From the human T2T-CHM13v2.0 reference genome, Homo sapiens, in assembly GCA_009914755.4 (NCBI GenBank), contig CP068257.2, positions 40,288,001-40,352,000 of the forward strand: a DNA stretch of 64,000 bases, read 5' to 3'. Shown one piece after another: positions 1-18,949 of this stretch (the first letter of the stretch is position 1; every line of letters starts with the position of its first letter). A program made the translations under genes and the position numbers. The notes beneath the pieces were generated by a model that saw nothing but the letters and a program-made list of their open reading frames with translations, was not told where the DNA came from and made no database searches.

Positions 1-1124
1 AGAGGACAGACTCAGACAGTCCAGCCCATGGCAGGCTGTGGGCTTTGGCACCAGGGACATTTGGGACCAGAGCATGCTGCACTGTGAGGCTGCCTTGTGG
101 GGGCGTGTCCTGTGCACGGCAGGGCGCTGAGTGGCATCCCTGGCCTCTATTCACTAGATGCCGACTGCACCCCAGACTCCCAGCTGTGACAACTAAAGTG
201 TCTCCAGACACTGCCATATTCCCTGGAGGGAAAAAGTGCTGGGCTTGAGAATCACTGGTCTATGGCATCAAGAACAGAGGACAAAAGGCAGCGACAGCAG
301 CGCTTAACAAAGCTCCCCCAAGGAGCCCCTTCGATTTCCCGACACAGATGGTCTCAGGACATCCTGAGATTTCCGCTGAAAGCCTTGGAGCCCCACACAA
401 GAGCCAGAGCCAGGAGTTAATGCTGAGCTTCACCTGAGCTCACGGCTTGGCCTGCCTTGCCCCCAGTCCTGTCTTCTGCACCAAGATGTCCTTTTGTCCC
501 CCGAATGGTGGAGTCAGGTGGGCGCAGGCAGCGGCCATGCTCCTCATCTTATGGAGGAGGATGCTGAGGCTCGGTGAGTCTCACATCTGGAACGGACCCC
601 AAGCCCCTAGACTATATGTCCTTAGCAAATACATTCAGGTTACTCATGCCAAGGCACTGTCTCGGCAAATCTGCACACGCTTAAGGAATTTATAGTTTTA
701 AAGCACGGACTTAGGGCTAATGGAAGCAATCAGTACTAATGAAATGATCACCTCCTCAGCACCCACATATTAAGTTAACCGATTCATTATTCCCAGGAGC
801 TTTTCTCCCTGTAGAGCCTCCTAGGGTCAGGTGGTGAGGTCTGGTTTTGTTTCAGGTGCAGGGAGACTCTTGACAGGCACAAAGGAGCAAAGATGTCCAT
901 ATCGGCAGTGGAAGGAGCCCCAGGCTCTGCCTGGCTTTGCTCTGAGTCTCTGCAGCCCATCATTGTGTACGGCTCTTGGTAACCCGTCGGGAAGCCAGGT
1001 GGAGCGAGCCCAGACTGAGGAAGGGGCCTCTATGCATGGACACACACTGACCCCAAATGCAGAGATGACGCCAACCCTCCCACAGAAGGACCGGCAGATG
1101 CCCCACCACGGGTTCAAACATTCA

Positions 1125-1589
<465 letters not shown>

Positions 1590-2317
1590 TCAGGGGCAGT
1601 GGGGAAGATGACAAGGGATACATGAAAGGAAGGGAGGGTTTGAAAAGACCTGAAAAGCACTCTCCAAAACATTCTGACAGCTGATTTCAAAGTCTCAGAA
1701 GATGCAGCCGTGGGCCTCAGAGAAGGCGCTTATACATCACGGCCGTTGCTCATGCTTGGGTTAAAAAAGGTCTCCCTTACAGCCAGGGCTCAGGATCCCT
1801 AGGCAGCTGGGGGTTGGCCCCCGGGGCTCAGAGGTTAACCCTCTTCCTCTCGCAGATGGGCCTAGCGGTGGGAGCGTTTGTGGCAAGCTGCAGAAATGGG
1901 ATGCGAGAGAGAGAGCCCGTCCTTCAGAGTCCACGACAGCACAAAGGAAATGGCCGTGGGTGTTTCGGGTTTAGCTGTCTTTGTTCCTACACGTTTATGT
2001 TACCTGCAAGTGGAAATTCACCGGCACATCCTCTCAAAAATTATATTTTGTGTAAAAATATTTAAGCACTAAATGAACCTCTGAGAGTCGGGATAGCGCT
2101 TCCTTGGAGGGGGGAAAGTTTGGGGAGGAGGGCACGGGGGCTCCCTTCCTTGGAGGGGAGAAAGTTTGGGGAGGAGGGCATGGGGGCTCCCTGAGGGCCA
2201 GTCATGCTGTTCTTGGTGTGGGTGGCAGTGACACAGGCGTTTGCTTAGGGACAACTGTGCTGTTCTGACTTAAGTGCCAGCCTGTGGAAGCGCCCACTGA
2301 CTCAAGATTAGATAATC

Positions 2318-2568
<251 letters not shown>

Positions 2569-3013
2569 TCAGAACATTAAATACTAAGATCCAGGAGTTC
2601 TTTGTGATTTTTAAATATGATCTTAGAGAAAGTATAGGGGAGATGACCACGAGTCTTGTCCTTATTTTGCTCATTCATTCACCCAAGAGCGAAGAAAACC
2701 CAACTACTGGGCCCCGGACTTCCAGAGAGGTCATGGATCCCTGCTGAGGGCCCCTGGAGGGGCTCAGGAAGCCCCCAAAACACCACCCGCCTGCCTCTGG
2801 GACGTGGGGCAAGGCCACCCTCTGGGTACAATGGCAAGGTTGATGACTCATCTCTGGCACCTCCGAGGTCCTGTTCTGGCCTGTCTCCCAGCCACTGAGG
2901 AATCCATCTTCTGCGTGCCCTCTGCCCACCCACCCACTCTTTTGTCCAGAATTCTTCCTCATCCCCCTCCTACTCCAAATCAAAATCTTCCCAACTCTCC
3001 CTCCACCTGTTCA

Positions 3014-3200
<187 letters not shown>

Positions 3201-3776
3201 CTCAAAATAAATAAATAGATAGATAAAAATTTTAAAATCAATTTTAAAAAATGTAATAAAAAGAGTAAGGATCTGTAACATGGCCCTTCACCTGAGGGGC
3301 TGGCCTCTCCACAGCTGAAACCACACACTTGCCACCACCTGCTCTGAGCGGACGTCCCAGAGCGGGAGAAGGGGGAGAAAGGGAGTGCGGTGTCCACGGG
3401 GGACACTACAATGTTCATTTCTCTCTGATTACAAAAGGAATAAACATTCACTGCAAAAAAGTAAAAGGCTTTGGAAACGTGTCACGTGGAAAGTGAAAGT
3501 TCCCCGTGACTGGGTGGTGACGAGAGCAGAGGTTCTGTACCAAAGGGGAGTCTTACATCATGTTCCTCTCTTTCGATAATTTTTCTTGAAATGATTTGCC
3601 AACCTCTCAACGTGTAAAGCGTCCCTGATTAGAAAGTCTCCCGTGTCCTTGGTGAATAGGATAAACTGTGTAAACACAACACCACACATGACTCCTTTGT
3701 GGGGTGAGGAACATAATTTGACATTTGTAAATGGAACTCTCTGGACGTTAACCAAGTGCTTGGGCTAACTTCTTCA

Positions 3777-4067
<291 letters not shown>

Positions 4068-5289
4068 TTAGCAGATATTTTCTAAAAGGGGCCAAAGGGT
4101 CAATTGTTTAGGCTTTGTTGGTGGTCTCTGCAACAACTTCTCAATGCAGCTTTTATAGAGTGAAACCAGCTAGAGACCACAGGTAAATAAATGAGCATGG
4201 CTGGGTTTCAGTAAAACTTTATTTACAAAAACAAGTGACGGGCCAGATTTTTCCTATGGGCCATAGTTTGCTGTTTGCTGACCCCTGGTCTACAGCTTGA
4301 TTCCCTGGGTGGTTACAAGATACTCACTGAAGTGTCTGCTTAAGATTCACCGATTTTATTTATTTAAGTTATACCTGAATAGAGTTGATGGAAAATGGCA
4401 AAAGCAAGCAAACAACAACAAAAAAATATCTAACCCTTTGGAAGATTTTGAACTTTGAAAGGCAAGGTAGTGACTCCTTTTCCCTCCCAAGAGTGCCTAA
4501 ATACATAGAATAGTAACTAGAGCTATGAAGGGCCAGTTAATAAAAGCACCTCCTTCCCCAGGTTAATAACAACACACACCAGCCAACATCAATAGAATGC
4601 TTATGGCAAACCAGGTGCTGTTCAGAGACAGAGCTCTGTGCACATTCTCTCATTTACTCCTATTCCACACCCCATGAGCAGGTCCTTCCTTTTATCCCAT
4701 TTGACCATTGAGGAGTATGTCCAGCAGCCAGGAGGCCCCAGAGCTGAGATGACCAGCAGGTCTCTCTGACTCAGAGCTGATGCTTGTAACTTACACTTTC
4801 CTGCTCAGGTAAAGTCAAAATGGCAAAGCTATTAAAGTAGCAGGATGGTAAAAGGAACTTCTGTCTCGGTTTTGGCCATGGCCTGAGGCTTACAGATGCT
4901 GCATTTCCAAAGGGAGTCAAGATAAGACCACAGAGGCCAAGAACCGGTGACAACAGTGACACTGGGGAATAATAAATAGATACTTGGTCTTCCTCCCTGG
5001 TTCCTGGCACAGAGAACAAAAAAAAAAATCCTTTGAATTCCAGAGCCACGGAGCTGGGGCATCCTTCTCATTCCTAATAAGCCCCTGCACCCCATCCGAG
5101 TGAACGCTAATGAGGACGGGCACTGGATGTCAGAGGCACCAACCCTGTGGTTAGAAGGCTGGAACTTTCTGCCCTCCTCTCGCCTGTGGGGAAGGGAAAG
5201 GGGCTAGAGATTGAGCTCAAATCACCAAAGGCCAATAAGTGAATCAATCATGCCTACATACCTACTTATAGAAGCACCATAAACCCCCT

Positions 5290-5760
5290 AAATGACAGGG
5301 CTCAGGGAGCGTCCAGGTTGTGAACCAACGCATGCACGTACTGGGAAAGGGGCGACTCCACGGAGATCAAAGCTCCCACACTCAGGACCCTCCCAGACTG
5401 TGCCCTGCGCCCCTTCATCTGGCTGTGCATTTGTGTGATAATAAACTGGTAAACCCAAGTAAAGTGTTTCTCTGAGTTCTGTGAGCCATTATAGCAAATT
5501 ACGGAACCCGAGGAGTGTGTCATGGAAACCCCAATTTGTAGCCAAGTGGGACAAAAGTGTGGTAACCTGGGGACCCACTATTTGCACCTGACATCTAAAG
5601 TGGAAGGGTGGTTTTGTGGGGCTGAGCCTTTCACCTGTGGGATCTGAGCTAACTCCAGGTAATGCCAGAATTGAATTAAATTGTAGGACACCCAGTTGGT
5701 GTCTGCAGAGAAACAGAAAATTGCTTGCCATAGAAAATCTACACATTTGGCGTCAGGAGT
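5290..5760 (+). mobile_element. LTR-like dispersed repeat, copy A.
   Basis: Shares ...ataataaactggtaaac...gttctgtg..., the core ttgaattaaattgtaggacacccagttggtgtctg, and ...acacatttggcgtcaggagtgttgtgagta with copy B at 34340-34870. Confidence 0.5.
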
Positions 5761-7435
5761 GTTGTGAGTAGAGGAACAGATTTTTGTTTAGCCACTGACC
5801 CACACTGAGAAGAGAGAAGTGCTGGAGAAAGGAGTTGGGGAGGACTCCTTAGGAGAAAGCTGTGCTGTAATTCCCAAAGCCACCAAGGGAGACGTGTCGG
5901 GAGCACGTCCTCCTCACGCCAGGCCCAGTGCTTCTGTTCAGTCCCCCGAGAGCCCGGTCCAGGTGCCAGGTGCAGCCTGCACCGTGGCAGGTGAGCCTGG
6001 GGGCCGGCTCCATGGACCATGCATCAGAACCCACAGTGGGAACATCAGCCTAGGTCTTTTAAGAGGGATCCTGCCCACGTGACAGGACCCCGCAGCATGG
6101 GCAGTGGGGGCACTGCCAGGGGAAGAAACTGAGGAAGGAGCATCAGGGGCAGCGGCAAAAGCATCAGCGGCATTAGTACCAGAGCGGCTCCAGCTCAAAT
6201 AAGGGCTGGGCAAAATGAGGCTGGGATCCCCTGGGCTGCACTCCCAGGAGGTGAGGTGCCCTTACTCACAGGGTGAGCTAGGAGGTCGGCACAAGACACA
6301 GGTCACAAGGACCCTGCTGATAAAACAGGATGTGGTAAAGAAGCCGGCCACAACCTACCAAAACCAAGATGGCAATGAGAGTGACCTCTGGCTGTCCTCA
6401 CTGCCGATGATACACTGAGGATAACGCATTAGCATGCTAAAAGACACTCCCACCAGCACCATGACAGTTTGCAACTGCCATGGCAAAGGCAAGAAGTTAC
6501 CCTACGTGGTCTGAAAAGGGGAGGAATGCTCAGTTCTGAGAAATCGCCGCCCCTCTGGTAGAAAACTCGTGAATAATCCACCACTTGTTTAACATATGAT
6601 CAAGAAAGAACCAGAAAAAGAGCCAACCAGCAGCCCGTACGGGTTCTCTGCCTACAGAGTAGCCATTCTTTTATTCCTTTACTTTCTTAATAACTTGTTT
6701 TCAATTTACTCTGTGGACTCGCCCCGAATTCTTTCTTGCACCAGATCCAAGAACCCTCTCTTGGGGTCTAGATCAAGATCCTTTTCTGGTAACGAAAGGA
6801 GGGGCAGGGCCTGCGTCCCAGAACTGCAGGTGGGGGACCCAGCGGGGTAGTATCCAAAAAACCATAAAACCTCCCACAAGAGGAGGAGGCAGTTATGAAC
6901 TTTCACCAGGCTGAGAATCCAACACCATGTTAAGACAGTGCCCCTCCAGTGAGAACTTTCCACTCCCCTGACTGCCCCACCTTGCCCAGTTGTTGACCTG
7001 GGCAAGGTCAGACACAGGACTCAGCGAATGTGGGAGAGCTAAGCAAGAAGGAAGCATCCATTGCCCCTGAGAGCAGGTCACGAGGAGGCAAAGGGAGAAA
7101 GTTAATCCCCAAATTTAGATTGCGCAGTGATTTAATGAGTCAGTAAGACATCTCTTCAAAAATGTCTATTACCTGAAACTGACCATAAAATAGGGAATTT
7201 GCATTTCCTATTCGTAGTGACCATTTCCTAGTGGAAGGGAAAACTACTTCTACTAAGCTGGTGTAAGCAGAAAGTGGTGAATAAAATTAAAGTGACGGTG
7301 AGGACGATGTCCTGAGTCCTACTTATTTGCTATTAACGTAGCTAGCGTGTTGTGCAAGAGAAAAATGAACAGAAAATTTAAAATGTAAAGTCTCAGTTGG
7401 CTTTTTATTTTGTTAAAGCATTCCCTAAAATGTAG

Positions 7436-7848
<413 letters not shown>

Positions 7849-7942
7849 AACTTTTTCCAATTCTGAAAGGAAAATACTTCATATCAGAACAGCCCAAAAG
7901 GCCCAAAGGTGCTAAGAGGGAGAGCGACGTGGGCGTGTCTCA

Positions 7943-8110
<168 letters not shown>

Positions 8111-8604
8111 TCAACAGTTACCGAAAAGTGAAAGGACAGCCCTCACTGCAACTCTGGTGTGTGCAGTTGGTAAAGGCAAAGCTTAACGAAAGCTGTTTTG
8201 AGGGGAGGAGGGGCAAGAGTGGTGTCTGGAGTCCAGGTTGAAATAAAATTTCAGAAACATTTTAACTAAGCCAGAATTTCCCATTCTATTTTGCATCCCT
8301 GAACTGTGCCAACTCATGCACTCTGGGAGGATAATGCTTTTGCCCAAGCAGAGATGCAGTATGAATTTTGAGAAATAAAGCATACGCTTATACAGAAACT
8401 TCTGTCTCCAAGGCAGTGCCTGTGGAGACAGGTACAGAATTCAGCTGGATCTCAAATGACAGTCCGTCAAGCCTTCTAGCAAACGATTTTTCACAGAAGA
8501 AAGTCTACAAGGACCACTCACTTTGAATTTTTCAAGAAAAAAGCGTGTGCTGTCCCCACATACAGGTAATAGAGTTCGTGTTTTGTTTTGTTTTGTTTTT
8601 GCTT

Positions 8605-8890
<286 letters not shown>

Positions 8891-9165
8891 ATCATTGAGT
8901 TCTTAATTTAACTTAGTTGGAGTTACACCTAAGGGCAACTATTTACACTATCTAGATTTTAGCTTCAGAATATACCATGGGAATTGAACCTTGTTTCAGT
9001 TTATTGCATATGTGTTTGGCAGAAGAGAAAGATAACTGTCATCCGATAACAACAACAAACTAAGCACAAGTGTGGCCAATTAGCACCCTTCCTGTGCTGT
9101 GAGAATTTCCTAACACTCGGCGCTGCAGGCTCCAGAACTCTGCAGTTGTGGGGGCAAGGTGGTTA

Positions 9166-9444
<279 letters not shown>

Positions 9445-9784
9445 TCAGCCAGGTAACACTGCCTTCTTGTGAAATAACCATAATTCATAATTCCTTCCCT
9501 TAAGGTCACTTAGCATCTCCAATTAACCTGGATATTCCCAGAATGGACACAGACCCAACCTTACGCACAGCCAGCTCAACACGTAATGATGGCAACAGAA
9601 TAGAAGCTGGGGAACCAAGCAAAACTTTCAAAGGCCTTTTTGGGGTAGGTCCATAAAATGGCATCCTGAACAGTTATCTCCTCCAGCAGACAACTCAATT
9701 GTACAGTGGACAGAACGTGCTCTATTCGAGTCTGGTCCTGCGTACGATGAAACAGCATCTCCTCTTGGAGGAGGTCTTATTTCA

Positions 9785-10141
<357 letters not shown>

Positions 10142-10466
10142 TCAGAATGTTTGAAAAATGTCGATGCCATAAAAGACAAAGAAAGACTGTGGAAACGCTG
10201 CAGGACAGAGGATGCTAAAGCAATAAGACAGGCAGGCAATGTCCGGCCCTGTGCCGGAGTGGAAAGGTCACTGCTCTGAAGGACATCACGGGGTCGTCCA
10301 GTGACAAAAACTGGAAGATGGGCATAAGCTAAGGAATTGCAGCAATGTAAATTCAGGGAGCTGACAACTGTACCGTGGACACAGCAGAGAGTATCTCCAT
10401 TCCTGGGAAAATACACACTAAAGAATTGAGGATAAAGGGCCAAGATGCATACAATTTACCCTCAAG

Positions 10467-10508
<42 letters not shown>
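10467..10508. repeat. (GT)n microsatellite, about 21 units.
   Basis: Perfect GT dinucleotide run. Confidence 0.95.
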
Positions 10509-10512
<4 letters not shown>

Positions 10513-11543
10513 GAAAATGAGTAAGGGGAGGGAGAGAGAGACCAAGCATGAGCACAAATAGTAGAGGAAACTGGGCAAATGTTAAGGATACGTGAGTTTG
10601 AGTAAAGGTTATGTGGCTGTTCTTTGCATTGTTTTTGTAAAGTTCGAAATTTCATGGATTCCATCAGGCTGGGCTGGAACGAAATTTGAGTGAGGCCAGA
10701 AGGAGTGGGGACCCAGGAATGGGATCAGAAGTTGACTTCTCTCCAGGTAAACAGCACCCCCATGCTGTGCAGGTCCCCGACCTGCGTTAGGCTTCTCTCT
10801 CAGGACTCTTATCTCACGGGCATCCCAGTTTTCTCGGGACTCCAAAATCAAGGAAGTCGCCTCAGGATTCTTGCTAACAACTAGGATATAAAACTAGTTA
10901 ACTGGGAGAAATAACAACTTTCTCACTTTAGGAGGTAACCAAATGGCTTGATTTTATTGCTGGATAGGCTGGGCAAGGGCTTCCCAATTTTGGTATGTTT
11001 ATGGGGAGAGTTTTACAATCTAAGAAAATATTTGTATCTTTAAAAACCTAACAAATATTGAAACTACTGATGTGTACACACACACACATACAGGCCCACG
11101 TTCATTTTAGTGTTTTAGTGACTTTACCTCTAATTGTTGCTTTCTTGTGTATAAATCCTGAGTTCAATGTAAACCTCTGTAGTTTATTTTACAAGGAAAA
11201 ACCCAGTGAAATTCATACAGGCAGTAGAGTAGGGATGAAAAAAGCTCTGGAGATAGATGGGGGTGATGGTTGCACAACCGTGTGAATGTACTTACTGCCC
11301 CTGAACTATGTACTTAGAAATGGTTAAGACGATACATTTTATGTTGTTTATCTTACTACAGTTAAAAGGTTTTGTTTTTGTTTTTGTTTTCCAAAAAAAG
11401 GAGGTCTCTTGGAGCTAAGAGGGTTCAGAACTACTTCTCTATGCCAAGAATTGTTGCATAAAAGATTTTGGATTTTTTTAAAAAAACAAACAAAAAATCC
11501 AGTTGAACATTTCCCCAAAATGTATGACCTTGTTAATAACTCA

Positions 11544-11822
<279 letters not shown>

Positions 11823-12257
11823 TTATGAAATAGAGTGTTTTTTCTGATTATAGAAAGGAAGACAAAGATGTCAATATTTAACAAACTACCAAGACATATA
11901 AGCAAAAAAAGGGAAAGAGTTATCTGCAACCTCCCCATTCGGAAACAGTTACTGTTAATATTCGGTGACTAGCCTTCCAGAGTAGTCAACAGGATGTTCT
12001 GTGATGGCAGTGACAGAGAAGCTGTCAAATGCGGTAGGCACGGAGCACTGGAGAGGTGGCCAGTGCAAGCTGAGGAACTGAACGTCATTTTTAAAAATTT
12101 CCATTAATTTAATTTAAAGAGACACATGTGGCCAGTCGCTGCCATATTGAAAGCACAGCTATATAATGACCTAAAGACAAAATACGGAACATGATATACC
12201 TCCCTCCTCCTTTGTAACCTATTTATTTTCATTACAAAGGCATTAAAAAAAAAAAAA

Positions 12258-12378
12258 AGTAGAGATGAAGTCTTGCTACGTTGCCCAGGCTGGTGTCGAA
12301 CTCCTGAGCTCAAGCCATCCTCCCACCTCGGCCTCCCAACGTGCTGGCATTACAGGTGTGAGCCGCTGCGCCCAGCCT
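12258..12378 (-). mobile_element. Alu fragment (monomer-length).
   Basis: gtagagatgaagtcttgctacgttgcccaggctggtgtcgaactcctgagctcaagccatcctcccacctcggcctcccaa. Confidence 0.75.
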
Positions 12379-13639
12379 GTAACCTATTCTTTTAACTGAA
12401 AATTTTGTGGATGTCTTTCTGTATAACTACAGAGCAACATCATGTTGGATGGGCCTCTAGTATTCTGCTCTTTGCCCTTAGGAGATTTTATTTAGCCAAC
12501 TCTTTACTAAACAACCCTTCTTAATGTGTTGGTGGTCCCCACTATTTCATAACTATACACAAGCTGAGAGGCACATTCTTACCCATATATCTTTGCACGC
12601 CGTGTGATTATTTCCTTAGGAAAACTCTAATTGCCTGTCAAATGGCATGTGCATTTGAGAGGTGTTTTTCATTTAGGTCGACGGATGGCATCCAGAATGC
12701 TTATTCCCAGTGACACCTCCAATGCCATTATCGCTCTCTTATTCTTTACCAAGCTGTGAGGTGGAAAGATGACCTCTCCCTTTTGCTGAAGTTTGCATGA
12801 CTTTACTTATTTCTGAACATCTTTTCAGAAGTTTATGGCCATTGGTAGCTCTGGCTTTTGTATTTCCAGTTCAGGAATTTTGTTCAGTTTTCTAAGGCAG
12901 CTGTCATCTTTTCATTCATGATTTATAAAAGCTATACACACACACACACACGGGAAATTTTCTTCCATTACTTTTTCTAATTGTTCATCTTTTAAGGATT
13001 AGATTATGATTAATTTTAATACTTTGGTACTCAGCTAATTCATTAAATGATTATGTCTATTAGTTTTTAAAATATTCATTTCTACCTTATATCAATTATT
13101 CTTTCTAATAGCTTGGGTTGATTTTCTTGCATAGTCCTGATACGCAGTCATATCATCTCCAAGCAATGATTGGTCTTGCCTCTTCCTTTCCGGTATTTGT
13201 GTATAGTTTTTTCCCTTATCTAATTTGCATTAACCAATACTTCTAGAACAAAACAATAGGCATCCTTCTCTTGATTTTAGTGAGTCTGCTTCTGGTATTT
13301 ACCATTTATAGTGATTTTTAAAATCTTATTAAAGAAGTATCCATAAATTTTGCTCTAATTAAGTTTTTAAAAATTAAGAATGGGTATTAAATGTCACTGA
13401 ATGTCTTTTGGACATATGTAGAGAAAATACATTTATTTTCTCTTTTGATCTAGTAATACAATGAACACCATTAACAGATTTCCTTATGAGAAAGCACACG
13501 TACATCCTTACATTCCTGGTATGAACACAGCTGGTTTTATTTTTCATGTGCTGCTAGATTCTGTTTGATAATATTTTATTTATGATTCTTACCCCATTAT
13601 TTATGCATGGCCTACATTTTTCCCTATCTCGATTCTTTT

Positions 13640-13935
13640 TTTTTTTTTTTTTTTGAGATGGAGTCTCACTTTGTTGCCCAGGCTGGAGTGTGCAGTGGTA
13701 CAATCTCAGCTCACTGCAACCTCTGAATCCCAGGATCAAGTGATTCTCCTGCCTCGGCTTCCTGAGTAGCTGTGATTACAGGCACCTGCCACCATGTCTG
13801 GCTAATTTTTGTACTTTTAGTAGAGACAGGGTTTCATTTACCATGTTGGCCAGGTTGGTCTCGAACTCCTGACCTCTACCCACCTCAGCCTCCCAAAGTA
13901 CTGGGATTACATGTGTGAGCTACTGTTCCCAGACT
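13640..13935 (-). mobile_element. Alu SINE.
   Basis: poly-T then gagatggagtctcactttgttgcccaggctggagtg... Confidence 0.9.
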
Positions 13936-13944
13936 TTCTTTCTT

Positions 13945-14381
<437 letters not shown>

Positions 14382-14577
14382 TGACTCTAAGAGCTGCCTT
14401 TACAACAAAACCCATGTTTGACCTAAAGCTACCTTTAAGATGCTTAAGACATCATTTGTTGTTAACTGTTTTGGTTTAGTGTTTTAGCCTAAACGGTGCT
14501 GCAGAATGATTTCAGGATTTGGCGCTCCTGAACAGACACGGCCGTGGACACACAGGCCCATAACCCGGCCAGACTCA

Positions 14578-15038
<461 letters not shown>

Positions 15039-16225
15039 TTATTTTTATTTTTTAAATTGCATGAAGACATTGTATGCATAGAAAAAAAAGGCTAAATTAA
15101 ATGACTAAGGTCGAGGTTTACCCACTTCAGAGAGTGGGAATTCTTGCATCTGCCATTTTCAAATGCTCATAGCACCAGCCTTTATTGGAGTTAAGTAATT
15201 TTTTCCCACATTTGATATCAACAGCCAAGGGCTGTTGACCCCAAGTACCTCGCCCCCTCCGTCAGTGCTGGCCACAAGCGTGGGCTTCCAGGGGGACCCT
15301 CCCCGAGAGGCAGCACCATTATATACACAGGCATGGTCCCCACTTTTAGACAAGACTAACAGTTTGCCAAAGCCTAAACATCAGTTCGTGTTGACTCCTA
15401 AATTTGGAAATATACCTCACAGAGTTCCCATTTCCCGACTTACACCAGACAGGTGCTGTACCTGATACTAGCCAGGGTATTTGATCCAGGTAGTAGGACA
15501 TGTCACTAGTGAACAGCTGTTTCTGCTTTGAGACAATGCTTCTCCCTGCAGCACAAAGTCCCCAATACACTGTGGAATCAGTAATTGCTGGAATGTGTGG
15601 ACGCTGGACCACGCAGCAGCAGGGTGAAGCAGCCTCCACGCATTCGCTACTGAGCTTTCACAGTCACTCTTCAAGAGAAGACTCAGACCCAGACGTGGGG
15701 ACATCCAGCAGAGGCAGGAACGGGGCCTGGCCTCAGGACAGGTACATGTGAGAGCTGGGACCCCAACCCTGACCGACCGAGTCCAGGGAGCTCACGTTTA
15801 GCCACTAAGCAGTACAGGCTGAAAGGGCAACATGTGGGCACTTTTACCAAAAAACATCCTCAACAGCTAGCTCTGCACAGTCTCAGTTGCTAGATGTGGC
15901 CCATTTGTGCTTTTGGAACTGGAGGAAGCCCCTTGCAAATAAAGATAAGTCACCTTTAACATACTCGGGCAATACAATTTGCTCCTGTTCTTGGCAAAAT
16001 GGAGTCGCGCTGTAAAGAGGTGCCCTGTCCCGAGTGACTCTGTGTCTGGGGCCTCAACAGTGATTCAGAACCACCCAGAAGGGGTTATCCATTCTGTGTT
16101 GCTTGTCTTGGCTCCAACAGCAGCCATGGTCTCCCAGCATCGGAGTCCCGAGTGTGGCCGAAGCCATCTGATGCCCATCAACTCCCTACATCCCCCTTCA
16201 CCCACTTTCTAAGAAAGCAGAATCT

Positions 16226-16535
<310 letters not shown>

Positions 16536-16841
16536 TCAACAGTTAAAAAAAAAAAAAAAAGGAAAGAAAAGATAAAAAAGGCAGGACAATTCCAGACAAA
16601 TGAAAAAGGCCAAACCAATTATACTCCTTTCCCTCCTTGGCCTTCCCACGTGCAGAAACAGGATTGGATTTTTTACCATCTCTTGTTCCCGTTACATTTT
16701 CAGGTGCTTTCTGCAACCGTGGCAGGGCTCCCGCTGCACCCCCACGGGAGGATGCCACCAGAGAATCCAAGGCCCCCCGGAGCCCCCGACTCTGCTCAGG
16801 GGCTGGAACAGCCCCTCCAGGCAGGCAGGCTCCCATCGTCA

Positions 16842-17003
<162 letters not shown>

Positions 17004-17559
17004 TCATGGGGAGATTGAGGGCCAAGGAAGTAGCCGCTGGACTCCTGTTATGGGGGGTGGTGGCAGTGGGGTGTCTACAGGAAAACCTGCACAGGGAGCC
17101 CGAGCTCTGGGATCTGCTCTGAAACAATTTCCCTTCTCACATGAAGGGAGGGAGCCAATGAGCCATCGCCATCCTCCTGCCTGGGAGCATTTTCTACCCC
17201 AAATACAGCAAGTACAAGTAGCAGTGCATTCATCCACAGACAGGGTTCCCAAAACTTACTTACCACGGGGGAAGATGGAGCTCACTTTGCCATGGGTCTA
17301 AACTATCTGACCCGGGCAGGTGCTTAAGAGCATGAGGACCTCTTCCGCTGGCTGCGGGCACTCATGGCCTGCTAGTACAGAGCAGGACACCAGACAGATG
17401 GGAACAGCCAGGGCTGTCAGCCCACACCCATTTCCCACCTCCACACAGAGTCCAACGTCCACATGAGGAAAGTCTATGCATACCCTAGCACTGCACAGGT
17501 GAGGGGACAGAGGCAGGGGCAGCTGGGACCAGCTTCTACCACATCACATCCTCCAATAG

Positions 17560-17988
<429 letters not shown>

Positions 17989-18029
17989 AAGAGTGTTCTT
18001 TTATTTTATTTATTTTGTTCGTTTGTTTG

Positions 18030-18110
18030 TTTTAAGTTCTTTTTCTTTCCTTTTCTAATTATACTTTAAGTTTTAGGGTACATGTGCACAACGTGCGGGT
18101 TAAAGAGGCT
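18030..18110 (-). mobile_element. L1 extreme 3' end fragment.
   Basis: Minus strand reads aacccgcacgttgtgcacatgtaccctaaaacttaaagtataattagaaaagg. Confidence 0.7.
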
Positions 18111-18296
18111 CTGTTCGTTGCAAGCATTCAGGGACCCAGACGGGCTTCTCGGAGGTGGCGCCAGCCCCCATGCTGTGAGAAGTTTTCAGGCAGAGCTGAA
18201 AACTGGGTGCTGATTTGACTGAGCACTGATTTGACTGAGCACTTCTTCGGGGGAATGCTCACTAATGTCTCAAGAGACACAGGTGTTCTTTCCCAC

Positions 18297-18399
18297 CTAG
18301 AAAACACTGTTCTGAGCCAGGCACTTCCCAAACGTGAGCTGAGGGTGCTGGAGCCCAAGAAGGAATTGCCGAAATCCCTGAAATCCAAGGACATGAGCA
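18297..18399 (-). CDS. C2CD2: C2CD2 coding exon (CSCPWISGISAIPSWAPAPSAHVWEVPGSEQCFL plus 1 nt, phase 0/1).
   Basis: Acceptor ttgctctgtccccag|TGCTCA, donor TTTCTAG|GTGGGA. Phase links the previous exon (ends phase 0) to the next exon (the split codon becomes GGC, Gly). Weak similarity to C2CD2L CSAPGG...AIP. Confidence 0.75.
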
Positions 18400-18468
18400 C
18401 TGGGGACAGAGCAATCTACTTGTCTGGGACAGAGATGAAATCTTTTTTTTCAATTGCTGAGGGTGATG

Positions 18469-18910
18469 GTTAACTGTATGTGTCGACTTGACTGGGCCAT
18501 GGGGTGCCCAGATATCTGGTCCAACATGATTCTGGGTGTGACTGACTGTGTTTCTGGATGAGATTAACATTGAACTTGGCACACCCAATGATGCAGATTT
18601 TCCTCCCTCTCGTGGGTGGGCCTCATCCAGTCCGTTGGAGGCGCAATGGAACAGAAAGGCTGAGTAAAAGGAAACTCCTTCACTGCTTGAGCCGGGAAAG
18701 GGGCCTTTTCCTGCCTTCAGACTTGGACTGAAACAGTGACTCTTCATGGGTCTTGAGCCCAGTGGCCTTTGGACTGGAATGTACGTCACGGGCTCTTTTA
18801 GGTCTCAGGGCTTCAGACTCGAACTAGAATTACCCCACAGACTCTCCCGGGGCTGCAGCTTACCAAATGCAGATCTCAGGACGTACCAGCCTTCATAACT
18901 GTGTGAGCTG

Positions 18911-18912
<2 letters not shown>
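18469..18912 (+). mobile_element. Unclassified interspersed repeat ending in (CA)n.
   Basis: ggttaactgtatgtgtcgacttgactgggccatggggtgcccagatatctggtccaacatgattctgggtgtgactg...gccttcataactgtgtgagctgattacacacac. I recognise the family but cannot name it. Confidence 0.5.

Positions 18913-18913
<1 letters not shown>

Positions 18914-18947
<34 letters not shown>
18914..18947. repeat. (CA)n microsatellite, about 17 units, at the end of an interspersed repeat.
   Basis: Perfect CA run. Confidence 0.95.
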
Positions 18948-18949
<2 letters not shown>
